Counted from the stretch's first letter, positions 1 through 10,286 are shown. The stretch: 64,000 nucleotides of DNA from Terriglobia bacterium (GCA_965223005.1 CBDCVK010000002.1:352001-416000); one strand, 5' to 3'. Notes: generated from the letters alone by a model not told the origin. A program made the numbers and translations.

Positions 1-660
1 GCCGTAGCGGCCAGTACGCTGGAAAAGATTGCGCTGGAAATCCGTAACCTGCAGCGCACGGAAGTGCGCGAGGCCGAGGAGTATTTCAGTGCCGGCCAGA
101 AGGGCTCCTCCGCCATGCCGCACAAGCGGAATCCGGTAACCTGCGAGCAAATCTGCGGGCTGGCGCGGCTGGTACGGTCGAACGCCCAGGCGGCGCTTGA
201 AAACGTGGCCCTGTGGCACGAGCGCGACATTTCCCACTCCTCGGTCGAGCGCGTCATCCTGCCGGATTCCACCATCCTGCTGGATTACCTACTTGCACGC
301 ACCACGAGCCTCATTGACAAGCTGGTGGTCTACCCGGAGCGCATGCGCCAGAACCTGGAGATGACGCGCGGGCTGATCTTTTCCGGGCAGCTCTTGTTGG
401 ACCTGGCGGAGAAGGGTACGCGGCGCGAGGACGCCTATCGCTGGGTCCAGCGCAACGCCATGCAGGCGTCGGATAGCGGCGGCGATTTTCGCCAGTTGTT
501 GTTGGCCGACCCCGACATTGCGGCTGCGTTGAGCCGCAAGCAAATCGAAGCGGCCTTCGATCTCGACCGCCACCTGCGCCACGTGGACACCATCTTCCAG
601 CGCGTGTTTGGTTTCACAAAGCCGGTTAAGGCGGGAACTCGGCGGCGCACCGGCCGTTAG
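1..660 (+). CDS. purB: Adenylosuccinate lyase, C-terminal part (5' end outside window)
   Basis: Frame open from base 1 ([22 protein letters not shown]); fumarate-lyase signature [11 protein letters not shown]; [13 protein letters not shown]. Confidence 0.96.
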   Translation, partial: AVAASTLEKIALEIRNLQRTEVREAEEYFSAGQKGSSAMPHKRNPVTCEQICGLARLVRSNAQAALENVALWHERDISHSSVERVILPDSTILLDYLLARTTSLIDKLVVYPERMRQNLEMTRGLIFSGQLLLDLAEKGTRREDAYRWVQRNAMQASDSGGDFRQLLLADPDIAAALSRKQIEAAFDLDRHLRHVDTIFQRVFGFTKPVKAGTRRRTGR

Positions 661-693
661 CCCTGCCCGGCGTCCCCTGCGGCGAGCTAGGCG

Positions 694-3351
694 CTACAGC
701 ATCGCGCTGACGATGTCGCAGACCTCGGCGATGGCCGAGTCCAGCTTTTCAGGATTCTTGCCGCCAGCTTCGGCCAGGTCAGGGCGGCCGCCGCCGGTGC
801 CGCCCACTTTCTTAGCTACTGCCTGGGCAATCTTGCCGGCGTGCAGGCGTGAGGTGAGGTCTTTGGTGACTCCGACCACCAGCGCCACCTTTCCATCACC
901 GGCTGCCCCCAGCACCACCACCCCGGACTTCAGCTCTGTCTTGAGGGCATCTACCATGTCGCGCAGGTGGGTGCGGTCCATTTCCTCCACGCGGGAGGAG
1001 AGCACCTGAACGTCCTTGACCGAGCGCACCCCGCCGGCCACCAGCTCGCCGCGCTCGGTGCGAGCCAGCCGGGAGCGCATTTGCGACAGCTTTTTCTCCA
1101 GCGCCCGCTGTTGCTGGAGCAGCCGCTCGACTACCTCCACGACTTCCGGCTCGTTGGTGCGCAGCGCCTGCTGGAGGCGCTGAATGGCCCCTACGGCGTC
1201 GCGGTAGTGGCGGTAGGCCGCCTCGCCGGTGAGGGCCTCAATGCGGCGCACACCGGCCGCGATGCTGGACTCGGAGACGATCTTGAACACTCCGATCTCA
1301 CCGGTGCGCCGCACGTGGGTGCCGCCGCACAGCTCGGTGGAAAAGCCCGGCACCTCGACCACGCGCACGCGCTCGCCATACCTCTCGCCGAACAGCGCCA
1401 TGGCGCCGGTCTCCAGGGCCGCCTCCAGGTCCATGATTTCGGTGCGGACCTCGGTGTCCTCGAGGACGTGCTTGTTGACCAGCCGCTCGACTTCCTCGAT
1501 TTCCGATTCGTCCAGCGCCGCGTAGTGGGTGAAGTCGAAGCGCAGCCGGGCCGGCTCGACCACCGAGCCGGCCTGCTTGACGTGCGGCCCCAGCACCTGC
1601 CGCAGGGCGGCGTGCATCAGGTGCGTGGCGGTGTGGTTGCGCATGGTCGAGCGCCGGCTGCTCTCTTCAACGGCCGCCGCCACGGTGTCACCGACCCGCA
1701 GCGGCGCCCGCGCCACCACGCGGTGCGCGATGAGGCCGGGAACCGGCGCCGCCGTATCCTCGACCACGGCCAACTCCTCGGCAAGGGCGTTGTTCAGCAA
1801 CGCGCCTTTGTCGCCCACTTGGCCGCCCGCCTCGGCGTAAAACGGCGTGTGGTCCAGCATCACTTCGGCGTGCTGACCAGGTACCAGTGCCTCAACCGGG
1901 CGGTCGCCTGCAAGCAGGCCTACGATCCGGCAATCCGGGGACAGAAGACGCTGGTAGCCGTCGAATTGGGTAGTCCCGTGCACGAGCAACTCGCGGTAGA
2001 CGGGCACGGCGGCCGCTTTTTCGCCACCTTTCCAACTAGCGCGGGCGCGCGCGCGCTGCTTCTGCATTTCCGCTTCAAAGCCGTCTTCGTCAATGAGCAG
2101 GCTGCGCTCCCGAGCGATCTCCTGCATCAGGTCCAGGGGCAGGCCGAAGCTGTCGTAGAGGTAAAAGACCTTGGGACCGGGCAGCGTCCCGGACGAAGCG
2201 ACCTCGGCCACGGCACGGTCAAACTCCTTTAAGGCGATGGCCAGGGTGTGCCCGAAGCGCTGCTCCTCCTCCTTCACCACGCGGGCCACGCGCGACACGC
2301 TTTCCCGCAGCTCCGGGTAGGCCTGCTGCATCTGGTCGGCGACCGCACCGGTCAGCTCGAACAGGAAGGGCTTCTCCAGACCCAGCAGGCGCCCATGGCG
2401 GATGGCACGCCGCAGGATTTTGCGCAGCACGTAGCCGCGTCCTTCGTTGGAGGGCAGCACGCCGTCGTGGATCAGAAAGGCGGCGGCGCGGGCGTGGTCG
2501 GCCAGGATGCGCAGCGAGACGTCGGCCGTGGAGCTTTCCCCGTAGGCCTGGCCACACAGCTCAGCGGAGCGATCCACCAGCGGGCGCAACAGGTCGGTGT
2601 CGAAGTTCGACAGCTTCCCTTGCAGCACCGCCGCCACGCGTTCCAGCCCCATACCGGTGTCAATCGAGGGGCGGGGCAGCGGCGTCATCTTGCCGTCGGC
2701 GTCGCGGCTGAACTGCATGAACACCAGGTTCCAGATTTCGACGTAGCGGCCACACTCGCAGGGGAAGCGGCAGTCGGCGTGGCCTTCGTCGCTGGCTTCC
2801 GGCCCCATGTCGTAGTGGATTTCCGAGCAGGGCCCGCACGGCCCGGTGTCCCCCATGGCCCAGAAGTTGTCCTTCTCGTCCAAGCCAAAGATGCGGTCAG
2901 CTGCAACTGCAGCTTCGCTCTGCCACAGCTTGCCGGCCTCAGGGTCGTCGCGGAAGATGGTCACGTAGAGGCGCTGTTTGGAGAGACCGTAGCCAGTCGG
3001 TGGGGGCGCCGTCACCAGTTCCCAGGCGTAGGTAATGGCTTCCTGCTTGAAGTAGTCGCCGAAGGAAAAATTGCCCAGCATTTCGAAGAAGGTATGGTGG
3101 CGGCGAGTGCGGCCGACGTTCTCCAGGTCGTTATGCTTACCCCCGGCCCGCAGGCATTTCTGAGCGCTACAGGCCCGCGCGTAAGTGCGCTTCTCCAGCC
3201 CGAGGAAAACCTCCTTGAACTGGTTCATCCCGGCGTTGGTGAACAGAAGGGTGGGGTCGTTTACCGGCACCAGCGACGAGCTTCGCACGACTTGGTGGCC
3301 GCGCGCGGCGAAGTAATCGAGGAAGCGCTGACGGATGGCGTTGCCGGTCAT
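694..3351 (-). CDS. alaS: Alanine--tRNA ligase
   Basis: 885 aa; DPTLLFTNAGMNQFK, HHTFFEMLGNFSFGDYFK, editing-domain HTATH and ELCGGTH, C-terminal GGGRPDLA. Confidence 0.98.
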   Translation of the reverse strand: MTGNAIRQRFLDYFAARGHQVVRSSSLVPVNDPTLLFTNAGMNQFKEVFLGLEKRTYARACSAQKCLRAGGKHNDLENVGRTRRHHTFFEMLGNFSFGDYFKQEAITYAWELVTAPPPTGYGLSKQRLYVTIFRDDPEAGKLWQSEAAVAADRIFGLDEKDNFWAMGDTGPCGPCSEIHYDMGPEASDEGHADCRFPCECGRYVEIWNLVFMQFSRDADGKMTPLPRPSIDTGMGLERVAAVLQGKLSNFDTDLLRPLVDRSAELCGQAYGESSTADVSLRILADHARAAAFLIHDGVLPSNEGRGYVLRKILRRAIRHGRLLGLEKPFLFELTGAVADQMQQAYPELRESVSRVARVVKEEEQRFGHTLAIALKEFDRAVAEVASSGTLPGPKVFYLYDSFGLPLDLMQEIARERSLLIDEDGFEAEMQKQRARARASWKGGEKAAAVPVYRELLVHGTTQFDGYQRLLSPDCRIVGLLAGDRPVEALVPGQHAEVMLDHTPFYAEAGGQVGDKGALLNNALAEELAVVEDTAAPVPGLIAHRVVARAPLRVGDTVAAAVEESSRRSTMRNHTATHLMHAALRQVLGPHVKQAGSVVEPARLRFDFTHYAALDESEIEEVERLVNKHVLEDTEVRTEIMDLEAALETGAMALFGERYGERVRVVEVPGFSTELCGGTHVRRTGEIGVFKIVSESSIAAGVRRIEALTGEAAYRHYRDAVGAIQRLQQALRTNEPEVVEVVERLLQQQRALEKKLSQMRSRLARTERGELVAGGVRSVKDVQVLSSRVEEMDRTHLRDMVDALKTELKSGVVVLGAAGDGKVALVVGVTKDLTSRLHAGKIAQAVAKKVGGTGGGRPDLAEAGGKNPEKLDSAIAEVCDIVSAML

Positions 3352-3365
3352 GGTCGCAAAGGAGA

Positions 3366-3371
3366 ATTATA
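3366..3371 (-). promoter_or_regulatory. Putative -10 hexamer (TATAAT) for alaS, giving a very short leader
   Basis: TATAAT on minus strand ends 14 nt before the alaS ATG; no SD in between. Confidence 0.5.
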
Positions 3372-3493
3372 GCCGCGTCTTCGAGTAGCAGGGCGTGGCG
3401 TTTTCCGGCGCAGCTTCGAAGGTGTCGGGTTTCGAAGCACGGCCCCCGGATGCGCAGGTTCGCGGCTGGGCGGCCAGAACTCTACGGAATCGG

Positions 3494-3775
3494 TTAACAA
3501 CTGCGCATCGCCTGTTTACAGTGCAGGCAGAGTTGCTCGCCTGCGTGATCCGCCGAGCGCCTGCAAAATCTCCAGCTCCACCATGGGCCGTCGCTATCGG
3601 GCCACTCGACTGCTTCCAGGTAAACGTTCTCAGCGAGTATGCGGACCACTTTCAGCGGTCCTGGGAATTGAGCGCGACCATTTTTCAGGCCCCATGTTCT
3701 TACCAAGAAAACCATGTCTCCTGTTTGGAAGGGGTTATCAGCAAGGCTTCGAGTGTTTGTTTCAGTCTTCCCCAT
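3494..3775 (-). CDS. Hypothetical small protein (93 aa; possible SH3/KOW-like fold plus C-terminal CxxC)
   Basis: ATG at 3775 overlaps the recX 3' end; sequence includes NPFQTGDMVFLV...LKVVRI...VYLE and CLHC; fills the recX-alaS gap co-directionally. Confidence 0.55.
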   Translation of the reverse strand: MGKTETNTRSLADNPFQTGDMVFLVRTWGLKNGRAQFPGPLKVVRILAENVYLEAVEWPDSDGPWWSWRFCRRSADHAGEQLCLHCKQAMRSC

Positions 3776-4343
3776 GGCTGTGCTGGTCTGAACTCTGCTC
3801 TTCTGTCTCCTCCTCGAGGTGTTCCAGTAGCTCGGGGTCGGCCTGCTGAAGGCGCTGCAACTCGGCCAGGATAGCGCCATGGGCGAAGCCGGCACGGCGT
3901 AGGGCCCGGTACAGGGAAGCTACTTTCTGGGGGTTCTGGGGAGGGCCGCCGGTGCGCAGGCGGCGGGCCAAGTGTTGCCGAAGCAGCCTGACTTCGTCCA
4001 CACCTTCGTAAGCGGTGCGGACCGCGCGCTGCGCCACTTCCGGGGCCACGAGGCGCAGGCGCAAGTCATGGACTACGCGCACCCTGCCCAGGCGCTGGTT
4101 TTCCAGCCGAGCCGCAGCAAAGTTTTCGGCAAAGCGCTCGTCGTTCAGGTAGCCGCGTTTCTTCAGGCGACCCAGCACCCGAGGCACGTCTTGGCGGCTC
4201 AGGGCGCGGCGCTCCAGCAGGCGGCGGAGTTCGGCCACCGAACGCGCCCGCACCGCCAGTTGCTTCACCGCGTGCCAATACAGCTCTTCCTCCGCCAGGT
4301 GCTTTGGAGCTCGCGGCTTTCGCGCCCGTCGGCCCCCACTCAT
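3762..4343 (-). CDS. recX: Regulatory protein RecX
   Basis: AVKQLAVRARSVAELRRLL, GYLNDERFAENF, GRVRVVHDLRLR, LRRAGF; upstream of alaS as commonly seen. Confidence 0.9.
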   Translation of the reverse strand: MSGGRRARKPRAPKHLAEEELYWHAVKQLAVRARSVAELRRLLERRALSRQDVPRVLGRLKKRGYLNDERFAENFAAARLENQRLGRVRVVHDLRLRLVAPEVAQRAVRTAYEGVDEVRLLRQHLARRLRTGGPPQNPQKVASLYRALRRAGFAHGAILAELQRLQQADPELLEHLEEETEEQSSDQHSHGED

Positions 4344-4349
4344 GGTGAG

Positions 4350-4355
4350 ATTCTA
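4350..4355 (-). promoter_or_regulatory. -10 hexamer TAGAAT 6 nt before the recX ATG (leaderless-type promoter)
   Basis: Minus strand reads GGATAGAATCTCACC-ATG. Confidence 0.5.
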
Positions 4356-4487
4356 TCCTTTTTGGCTGCGGCCCATGGGCGGTAGCTGTTGCATGGGCAG
4401 GTTATCAGTTTGGAGAAGCAGGGCTCCACGCCCGGTGGAGTGTTGGTCCTCCACCACGCCCGAAGCCGCAGGACTGGAGATTGGAGT

Positions 4488-5621
4488 CTACCGCTGGTAG
4501 TCCGCGCCGCCGATGGCCGCCTGCATCTGGTCGCGGGCCACATCGGCCGTGGAGCTGATGCCCTGGACGCGCAGTTTGAACTCGTCGGGGTTGCTCGCCT
4601 GAGCCAGGCATTCCTCGTAGGTGACCAGTCCCTGGGTGTAGAGGTCGTAGAGCGACTGGTCGAACGTCTGCATTCCGTACTGAGAGGTGCCGGTAGAGAT
4701 CGCCTCCCTGATCATCCGGGTCTTGTCCGGGTTGACGAGACAGTCGCGAACAAAGGCGGTGGTGATCAGCACTTCAACTGCGGGGACCCGCCCAATATCA
4801 TCCGCCTTCCGTACCAGCCGCTGCGAGATCACGGCCTTCAGCGTGCTAGCTAGCTGCAAACGGATCTGCTTCTGCTCCGGGGGCGGAAAGACGGCAATGA
4901 TGCGCTGGATGGTCTCAGCGGCATCCAGGGTGTGCAAGGTAGAGAACACCAAATGGCCGGTTTCAGCGGCCAGCAGCGCGGTGCCGATGGTTTCCAGGTC
5001 GCGCATTTCGCCCACCAGAATCACGTCCGGGTCCTGCCGCAAGGCAGCCCGCAAAGCCGCCGAGAAGTTGTGCGTGTCCACCTCCACTTCGCGCTGGTTG
5101 ACGAACCCTTTCTTGTCCCGGTGCAGGTATTCGATCGGGTCCTCGATAGTGATGATGTGGTCGGTGCGCGAGGAATTGATGCGGTCAATCATGGACGCCA
5201 AAGTGGTGGACTTGCCGCTGCCGGTCGTGCCGGTCACCAGCACCAGCCCGCGGCGCTCGTTGCAGATCAATCCCACGATGCGGGGCATGTTCAACTCCTC
5301 GGTCGTGCGGATCTTAGTGGGTACCACCCGCAGCACCAGCCCCAGGTTCCCTCGCTGCTGAAACACGTTCACTCGAAAGCGGCCCAGCCCGGCTACCCCG
5401 TAGGCCATGTCCAGCTCGGCCGTCTCTTTGAACTTCTGCTTCTGCCGGTTGGACATCATGCTGAAGGCCATGTTCAACATGTCCTCGGCAGTGAGTCGCG
5501 GGATATCGCTCAGCGGCGCCAGTTGCCCGTCAATCCGCAGGTAGGGCTGGTTGCCGACCTTCAGGTGCAGGTCGCTCGCCTTCCGTTCCACTGCAGTCCG
5601 CAACAACTCGTCGATATGCAT
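4488..5621 (-). CDS. pilT: Type IV pilus retraction ATPase, PilT family
   Basis: ASDLHLKVG, Walker A GTTGSGKSTT, TIEDPIEY, ALRQDPDVILVGEMRD, AETGHLVFSTLHT, GMQTFDQSL. Confidence 0.93.
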   Translation of the reverse strand: MHIDELLRTAVERKASDLHLKVGNQPYLRIDGQLAPLSDIPRLTAEDMLNMAFSMMSNRQKQKFKETAELDMAYGVAGLGRFRVNVFQQRGNLGLVLRVVPTKIRTTEELNMPRIVGLICNERRGLVLVTGTTGSGKSTTLASMIDRINSSRTDHIITIEDPIEYLHRDKKGFVNQREVEVDTHNFSAALRAALRQDPDVILVGEMRDLETIGTALLAAETGHLVFSTLHTLDAAETIQRIIAVFPPPEQKQIRLQLASTLKAVISQRLVRKADDIGRVPAVEVLITTAFVRDCLVNPDKTRMIREAISTGTSQYGMQTFDQSLYDLYTQGLVTYEECLAQASNPDEFKLRVQGISSTADVARDQMQAAIGGADYQR

Positions 5622-5659
5622 AGCTGCTCCCTGGGGACAAAATCCCGGCTTGCTTTCCC

Positions 5660-5689
5660 ATTAAGCCACAGCGCAAAGGAGAGTGTCAA
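5660..5689 (-). promoter_or_regulatory. Sigma70-like promoter for pilT
   Basis: TTGACA (5689-5684), 18-nt spacer, TG-g-CTTAAT (5665-5660). Confidence 0.55.
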
Positions 5690-5892
5690 TTTAGATTCCA
5701 ACTCGGCCCGGCAATGACACTTACCGGGGAGACTCTCCGCTTCTATGCTGGAGCGGCACCGCGATCGAGCCACCGCGTTCACTCACTCCCGTAGGCGCTA
5801 GGCTGCTGGCAGGCGCACCTGGAAAGTGGCACCACAACCTGGGCTGGAGCGCACGCCGATGCCACCCTGGTTGGCTTCCACCAGTTCCCGGG

Positions 5893-6897
5893 TCAGCGCT
5901 CGAGAGCCTGCAGCACGGCCTCAGTAAATTGGGATGTGGAGGCCTGCCCGCCCACCTCGCGGGTCAATGCGCGACCTTCCGCATACACAGTATGGATGGC
6001 GCGTTCGGCACGGTCGGCGGACTCTCGCTCGCCCAGGTGCCGGAGCATCAGCACCGCCGAGAGCATCATGGCGGTAGGGTTGGCCACGTTCTTGCCGGCG
6101 ATGTCGGGGGCGCTGCCGTGTACCGCCTCGAAAATTGCCCTGTGGTCGCCCAGGTTGGCGCCCGGCACCAATCCCAGGCCTCCAACCAGCCCGGCGCAGA
6201 GGTCGGAGATGATGTCGCCGTATAGGTTTTCCAGCAGGAGCGTGTCGAACTGGTGGGGATTCATCACCAACTGCATGCAGGTGTTGTCCACGATCAGCTC
6301 GTCGTAGACGATGTCGGGATACTGGCGGGCCACGGCCCGGCTCGACTGCAGGAACAGCCCGTCGCTCAGCTTCATGATGTTGGCCTTGTGGATGCAGGAG
6401 ATTTTCTTCCTCCCCACGCGGCGGGCGTATTCGAACGCGTAGCGGGAAATCCGGGTGGAAGCGCGCTCGGTGATGATCTTTAAGCTCTCGACTACCCCGG
6501 GGATCACCTCGTGTTCCAGCCCGGAGTACAGGCCCTCGGTATTCTCGCGGAAGATGACCAGGTCCACGTCTCCGAAGCGGGTAGTCAGTCCCGGCAAGTT
6601 GCGCACTGGCCGGAAGTTCGCGTACAGGTCCAGCGCCTTGCGCAGCGCAACGTTGATGCTGGGGAAACCGCCGCCGATGGGCGTGGCGATGGGCCCCTTC
6701 AGCCCCACCCCGTTGCGGCGCAGTGACTCCAGCAGCGAGTCCGGCAGGAAGGTGCCGTACTCGGACAACGCGTCCGCCCCCGCCTTGATGGTTTCCCACT
6801 CCACCCGCACCCCGGTGGCCTCCACCAGACGCACCGTGGCTGCGGAGACTTCCGAGCCAATGCCGTCGCCAGGAATCAAGGTAACGCGATGCGCCAT
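5893..6897 (-). CDS. Isocitrate/isopropylmalate dehydrogenase family protein (probably NAD-dependent IDH type)
   Basis: VTLIPGDGIG, LKGP, RENTEGLYSG, HKANIMK, NLYGDIISDL, FEAVHGSAPDIAGK; start set at ATG 6897. Confidence 0.9.
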   Translation of the reverse strand: MAHRVTLIPGDGIGSEVSAATVRLVEATGVRVEWETIKAGADALSEYGTFLPDSLLESLRRNGVGLKGPIATPIGGGFPSINVALRKALDLYANFRPVRNLPGLTTRFGDVDLVIFRENTEGLYSGLEHEVIPGVVESLKIITERASTRISRYAFEYARRVGRKKISCIHKANIMKLSDGLFLQSSRAVARQYPDIVYDELIVDNTCMQLVMNPHQFDTLLLENLYGDIISDLCAGLVGGLGLVPGANLGDHRAIFEAVHGSAPDIAGKNVANPTAMMLSAVLMLRHLGERESADRAERAIHTVYAEGRALTREVGGQASTSQFTEAVLQALER

Positions 6898-6905
6898 AGT
6901 AGCAG

Positions 6906-7875
6906 TTAGACCCAGTACATGGTCACGGGGCCGTCCAAACGCTTGCACACCTGGCCGGCGTCCTCCATCAGGTCCAGGTGGGCGAAGACTTCCGAGATGG
7001 CCAGGAACATCGAAGAAGTGCGCGCCTGTGGGAACAGACAGGCGGAGAGCTCAAAAACCGTTTGTTCCTTATGCCGTAGGCATTCGAGGAGACGGCCCTT
7101 GCGCTTTTCATGGTGATGGACTAGTTGATCGTGCCATTCCGGGTAGCTCGTCACTGGCTCCCCGTGCCCGGTGTAGATAACAGCCGGACTCAGTTGCCGA
7201 ATTCGCTGGAGGCTTTCCAGATACGCCCCTAAAGCGGGGAAACGCAGCCGCGGCGAGGTCCGGTCCAGGCTGAGCATGGGATTGGGAGTGATGTTCCGTA
7301 ACACGGTGTCGGAAGAGAGCAGAACGCGCCGGGACGGCTCAAAGAAAAAAAAAGCTGCCCGGCGTGTGCCCCGGTGTGGTTACCGCCTGAAATTCCACCG
7401 GGCCGCATGGCAGCGGGCCCAATTGCTCAACGGGCTGATACTTCTCCAGCGGCTCGGCCAGGCCACGCAGCGCCGTGATTCTCTCCCACATGACGCGCTG
7501 CGCCGACTCTAGCGTGCCGGCCTGCTCCAGCATGGAGCGGTAGAAGTCGTCCAACCGCTCCTGATGGTGGCTGAAATATAACCCGTCCCGGGGGCTTGCA
7601 TAGATTGGTGCACCTGAGCGGCCAGCCACCGCCCGGGCCAGTCCGTAGTGATCCACGTGCCCGTGGGTCACCACGACCTTCTTTAACTGCTCCAGGCGCA
7701 AGCCAGCCTCGCTCATCAGCTTCTCCAGCAAGTCCAGGGTTTCCTGCATTCCGGGACCGGTATCCACCAGCACCGCTTCCGGCTCGGTCACCAGGTACAC
7801 GTTCACCGGGCCCACCGGAAACGGAGTGGGCAGCTCCAGCCGATACAGCGGCAGGTCCAGCAGTCGTTCGATCAT
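6906..7875 (-). CDS. MBL-fold metallo-hydrolase, split by a +1 frameshift in an A9 run (7345-7353)
   Basis: THGHVDHYG and TPGHTPGS in 7339-7875; removing one T gives SFFFFEPSRRVLLSSDTVLRNITPNP, joining 6906-7304 (YTGHGEP, C-terminal winged-helix-like region). Confidence 0.85.
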
Positions 7876-9707
7876 GTTTCGCCGTAAAGCGATTCCACCG
7901 CGTCGCGATATTGTTGCTCCACCGTCCGGCGCCGGATTTTCATCGTTGGCGTCAGTTCCCCGGATTCGATCGAAAAATCGCGCTCCAGCACGACAAAACG
8001 CTTGATCTGCTCAAAGCGAGCTAGGTCGGCGTTTACCGCGTCCACTTCCCGTTGCAGCAGCGCGCGCACCTGCTCGTGGCGCGCCAGCTCGCCGGGGGAG
8101 CTGCAAGGCAGGCCGCGCTGCCGGGCGAATTCCGCCAGCCTGTCGAAGTTGGGCACCAGCAGGGCGACCACGTACGGACGCCGGTCGCCCACCAGCACCG
8201 CATTGAGCAGATAGGGACAGGCGCACAGTCGGTTCTCGATGGGCTGAGGTGCGACGTATTTGCCGCCGGCGGTTTTCAACAGGTCCTTCTTGCGATCGGT
8301 GACGCGCAGCTCGCCACCGGGGGTGAGCTCACCAATATCACCGGTATGGAACCATCCATCCTTGACCACGTGGGCGGTTTCCTCCGGCTGGTTATAGTAG
8401 CCCTTCATCACGTTCGGCCCCCGCACCAGAATTTCGCCGTCCTCCGCGATCCGCACCTCAACCCCAGCTAGGGGCCTGCCCACTGTTCCTGGGCGGTTGT
8501 GCCCGGGAACATTGGTGGCCACCACCGGTGAGGTTTCTGTCAGGCCGTAGCCCTCGCAGACCGTCACGCCGGCAGCATTGAAGAATTCCGACAGCGCTGG
8601 CGATAGCGGAGCGCTGCCGGAGAGAAAGAAACGGATGCGGCCGCCGAGCCGGGCACGCAAGCGACCGAACACCAGCCGCTCAGCCAAAGCGTGGCGCAGC
8701 GACAGGCCGGTGGGTAACTGCTGGTCGGCCACGCGGCGGCGCAGGGCCTGCTGCCCGACACCCACGGCCCACCGGAACAGCCAGCGCCGTGGCGCGGGCG
8801 CCTGGCGCACGGCATCCATCACACGGCCGTGCATCTTCTCAAAAAAGCGTGGAACGGCGGCCAGCACCGTCGGGCGCACCTCCAGCAAGTTCTGGGACAC
8901 TGCCTCGATGCTTTCCGCGTAGGCAATGGGCACATCGTTGTACAGGTAGGTGTAATCCACCATCCGTTCATAAATGTGGGCCAGCGGCAGGAACGATAGG
9001 GCCAAGTCGTCGGGCTGAAACAGGTTCGCCGAAGCCAGCACGTTGGAGACGATATTGGCGTGAGTGAGCATCACTCCCTTGGGTGTGCCGGTGGTACCCG
9101 AGGTGTAGATGATGCTGGCAAGGTCTTCCGGGCGCACCGCCCGAGCCGTCTGCTCGAATCGCGCCCCTTCCGCCGAAGCCATCGCCGCGTCCCCGACCAG
9201 ATCTCGCCAGGCCAGCTGACGTTTCTCGTCGGCATCGTCCGAAAATGGGCGGAAGGGGGCGGCGCTGATGGGCACCCCTTCCATCGCGACGGCCCAACGC
9301 AGCCGCGGCAGCCGGTCCCAAACACTGCAAATCTTTTCCAGCTGGGCTTTGTTGGAGACCACGATGCCGCAGGCGCCCGAATCCTGAAGGATGTACTCGC
9401 AAGAGTGCGCCGGCAAGGTGGGATAAAGCGGGACCGTGACGCCGCCGCGGCCCAGGATGCCAAAATCGGCCACCGCCCATTCCGGCCGGTTCTCCGACAG
9501 CAACGCCACACGATCTCCGGGCACGACACCCAGCCGTTCCAGTCCTCGGGCCAGCCACACCACCTGGCGGAACATTTCGCGCGCCTGGATCGAGACCCAG
9601 GCGCCCGCCCGTTTGTGCCGCAGCATCTCGCGATATTCGCGCCCGGCGATCTGCAAGATGATGTCGTTGAGCGTCCGCAAGGCAGAGGTAGGAGTTTCGG
9701 CTGCCAT
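7872..9707 (-). CDS. Long-chain fatty acid--CoA ligase (AMP-dependent synthetase)
   Basis: IIYTSGTTGTPKG, EGYGLTETSP, GWFHTGDIG, DRKKDLLKTAGGKYVAP, ELTPTMKIRR. Confidence 0.93.
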   Translation of the reverse strand: MAAETPTSALRTLNDIILQIAGREYREMLRHKRAGAWVSIQAREMFRQVVWLARGLERLGVVPGDRVALLSENRPEWAVADFGILGRGGVTVPLYPTLPAHSCEYILQDSGACGIVVSNKAQLEKICSVWDRLPRLRWAVAMEGVPISAAPFRPFSDDADEKRQLAWRDLVGDAAMASAEGARFEQTARAVRPEDLASIIYTSGTTGTPKGVMLTHANIVSNVLASANLFQPDDLALSFLPLAHIYERMVDYTYLYNDVPIAYAESIEAVSQNLLEVRPTVLAAVPRFFEKMHGRVMDAVRQAPAPRRWLFRWAVGVGQQALRRRVADQQLPTGLSLRHALAERLVFGRLRARLGGRIRFFLSGSAPLSPALSEFFNAAGVTVCEGYGLTETSPVVATNVPGHNRPGTVGRPLAGVEVRIAEDGEILVRGPNVMKGYYNQPEETAHVVKDGWFHTGDIGELTPGGELRVTDRKKDLLKTAGGKYVAPQPIENRLCACPYLLNAVLVGDRRPYVVALLVPNFDRLAEFARQRGLPCSSPGELARHEQVRALLQREVDAVNADLARFEQIKRFVVLERDFSIESGELTPTMKIRRRTVEQQYRDAVESLYGET

Positions 9708-9760
9708 CCAGGGCCTTTTACTCTAGCAACGAAGGACGGATGTGCGCAATGAATCCGTAT

Positions 9761-10201
9761 TCATTCCCGCCCAGATGGTTCTGCTTGCTTCGTTTTGGGA
9801 ATGTCGCGGAGCAGTTCGAGGATATGGCCGCGCAGTTCATCACGGGCGCGACGGAAAGCCTGCCGCACCTGTTCGGGCGATCCCGTGCTGGCGGCCGGGT
9901 CGTCCACCGGCCAATGCAGCCGGCGCACGTTGCCCGGAAACACGGGGCACTCGCGCGCCGCATTGTCGCAAACGGTTATGGTCAGATCTGGATCGGCCGG
10001 CACCTCGACCAGTCCTTTGGAGCGCTGGCCGGAAATGTCCCGCCCCAACTCGGCCATCACGGCGACCGCGTGCGGATTCAAGCCCACGGGTCGCGTCCCG
10101 GCGCTGTAGACCTGCCAGTCGGCCGGCCCGAGCGTCCGCAAGAGTCCCTCGGCCATCTGGCTGCGCGCCGAATTGCCGGTGCAAAGAAACAGGACTCTCA
10201 T
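9761..10201 (-). CDS. arsC: Arsenate reductase ArsC, thioredoxin-coupled LMW-PTP type
   Basis: P-loop CTGNSARSQMAEG, resolving Cys pair TVCDNAARECPVFPG, HWPVDDP. Confidence 0.85.
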   Translation of the reverse strand: MRVLFLCTGNSARSQMAEGLLRTLGPADWQVYSAGTRPVGLNPHAVAVMAELGRDISGQRSKGLVEVPADPDLTITVCDNAARECPVFPGNVRRLHWPVDDPAASTGSPEQVRQAFRRARDELRGHILELLRDIPKTKQAEPSGRE

Positions 10202-10235
10202 TCGTGGTAATCCCCTTCTCTGGGCAGTATATCTT

Positions 10236-10286
10236 CAGGAGGCACACTGCGACAGGAGGCACAGTGCGACAGGAGGCACACTACAG
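10236..10286. repeat. 17-bp tandem repeat x3
   Basis: caggaggcacactgcga / caggaggcacagtgcga / caggaggcacactacag, just upstream of arsC. Confidence 0.9.

Noticed and set aside
10236-10286. Possible mini-CRISPR
   Set aside because: Repeats are directly adjacent with no spacers, only 17 bp long, and no cas genes are present.
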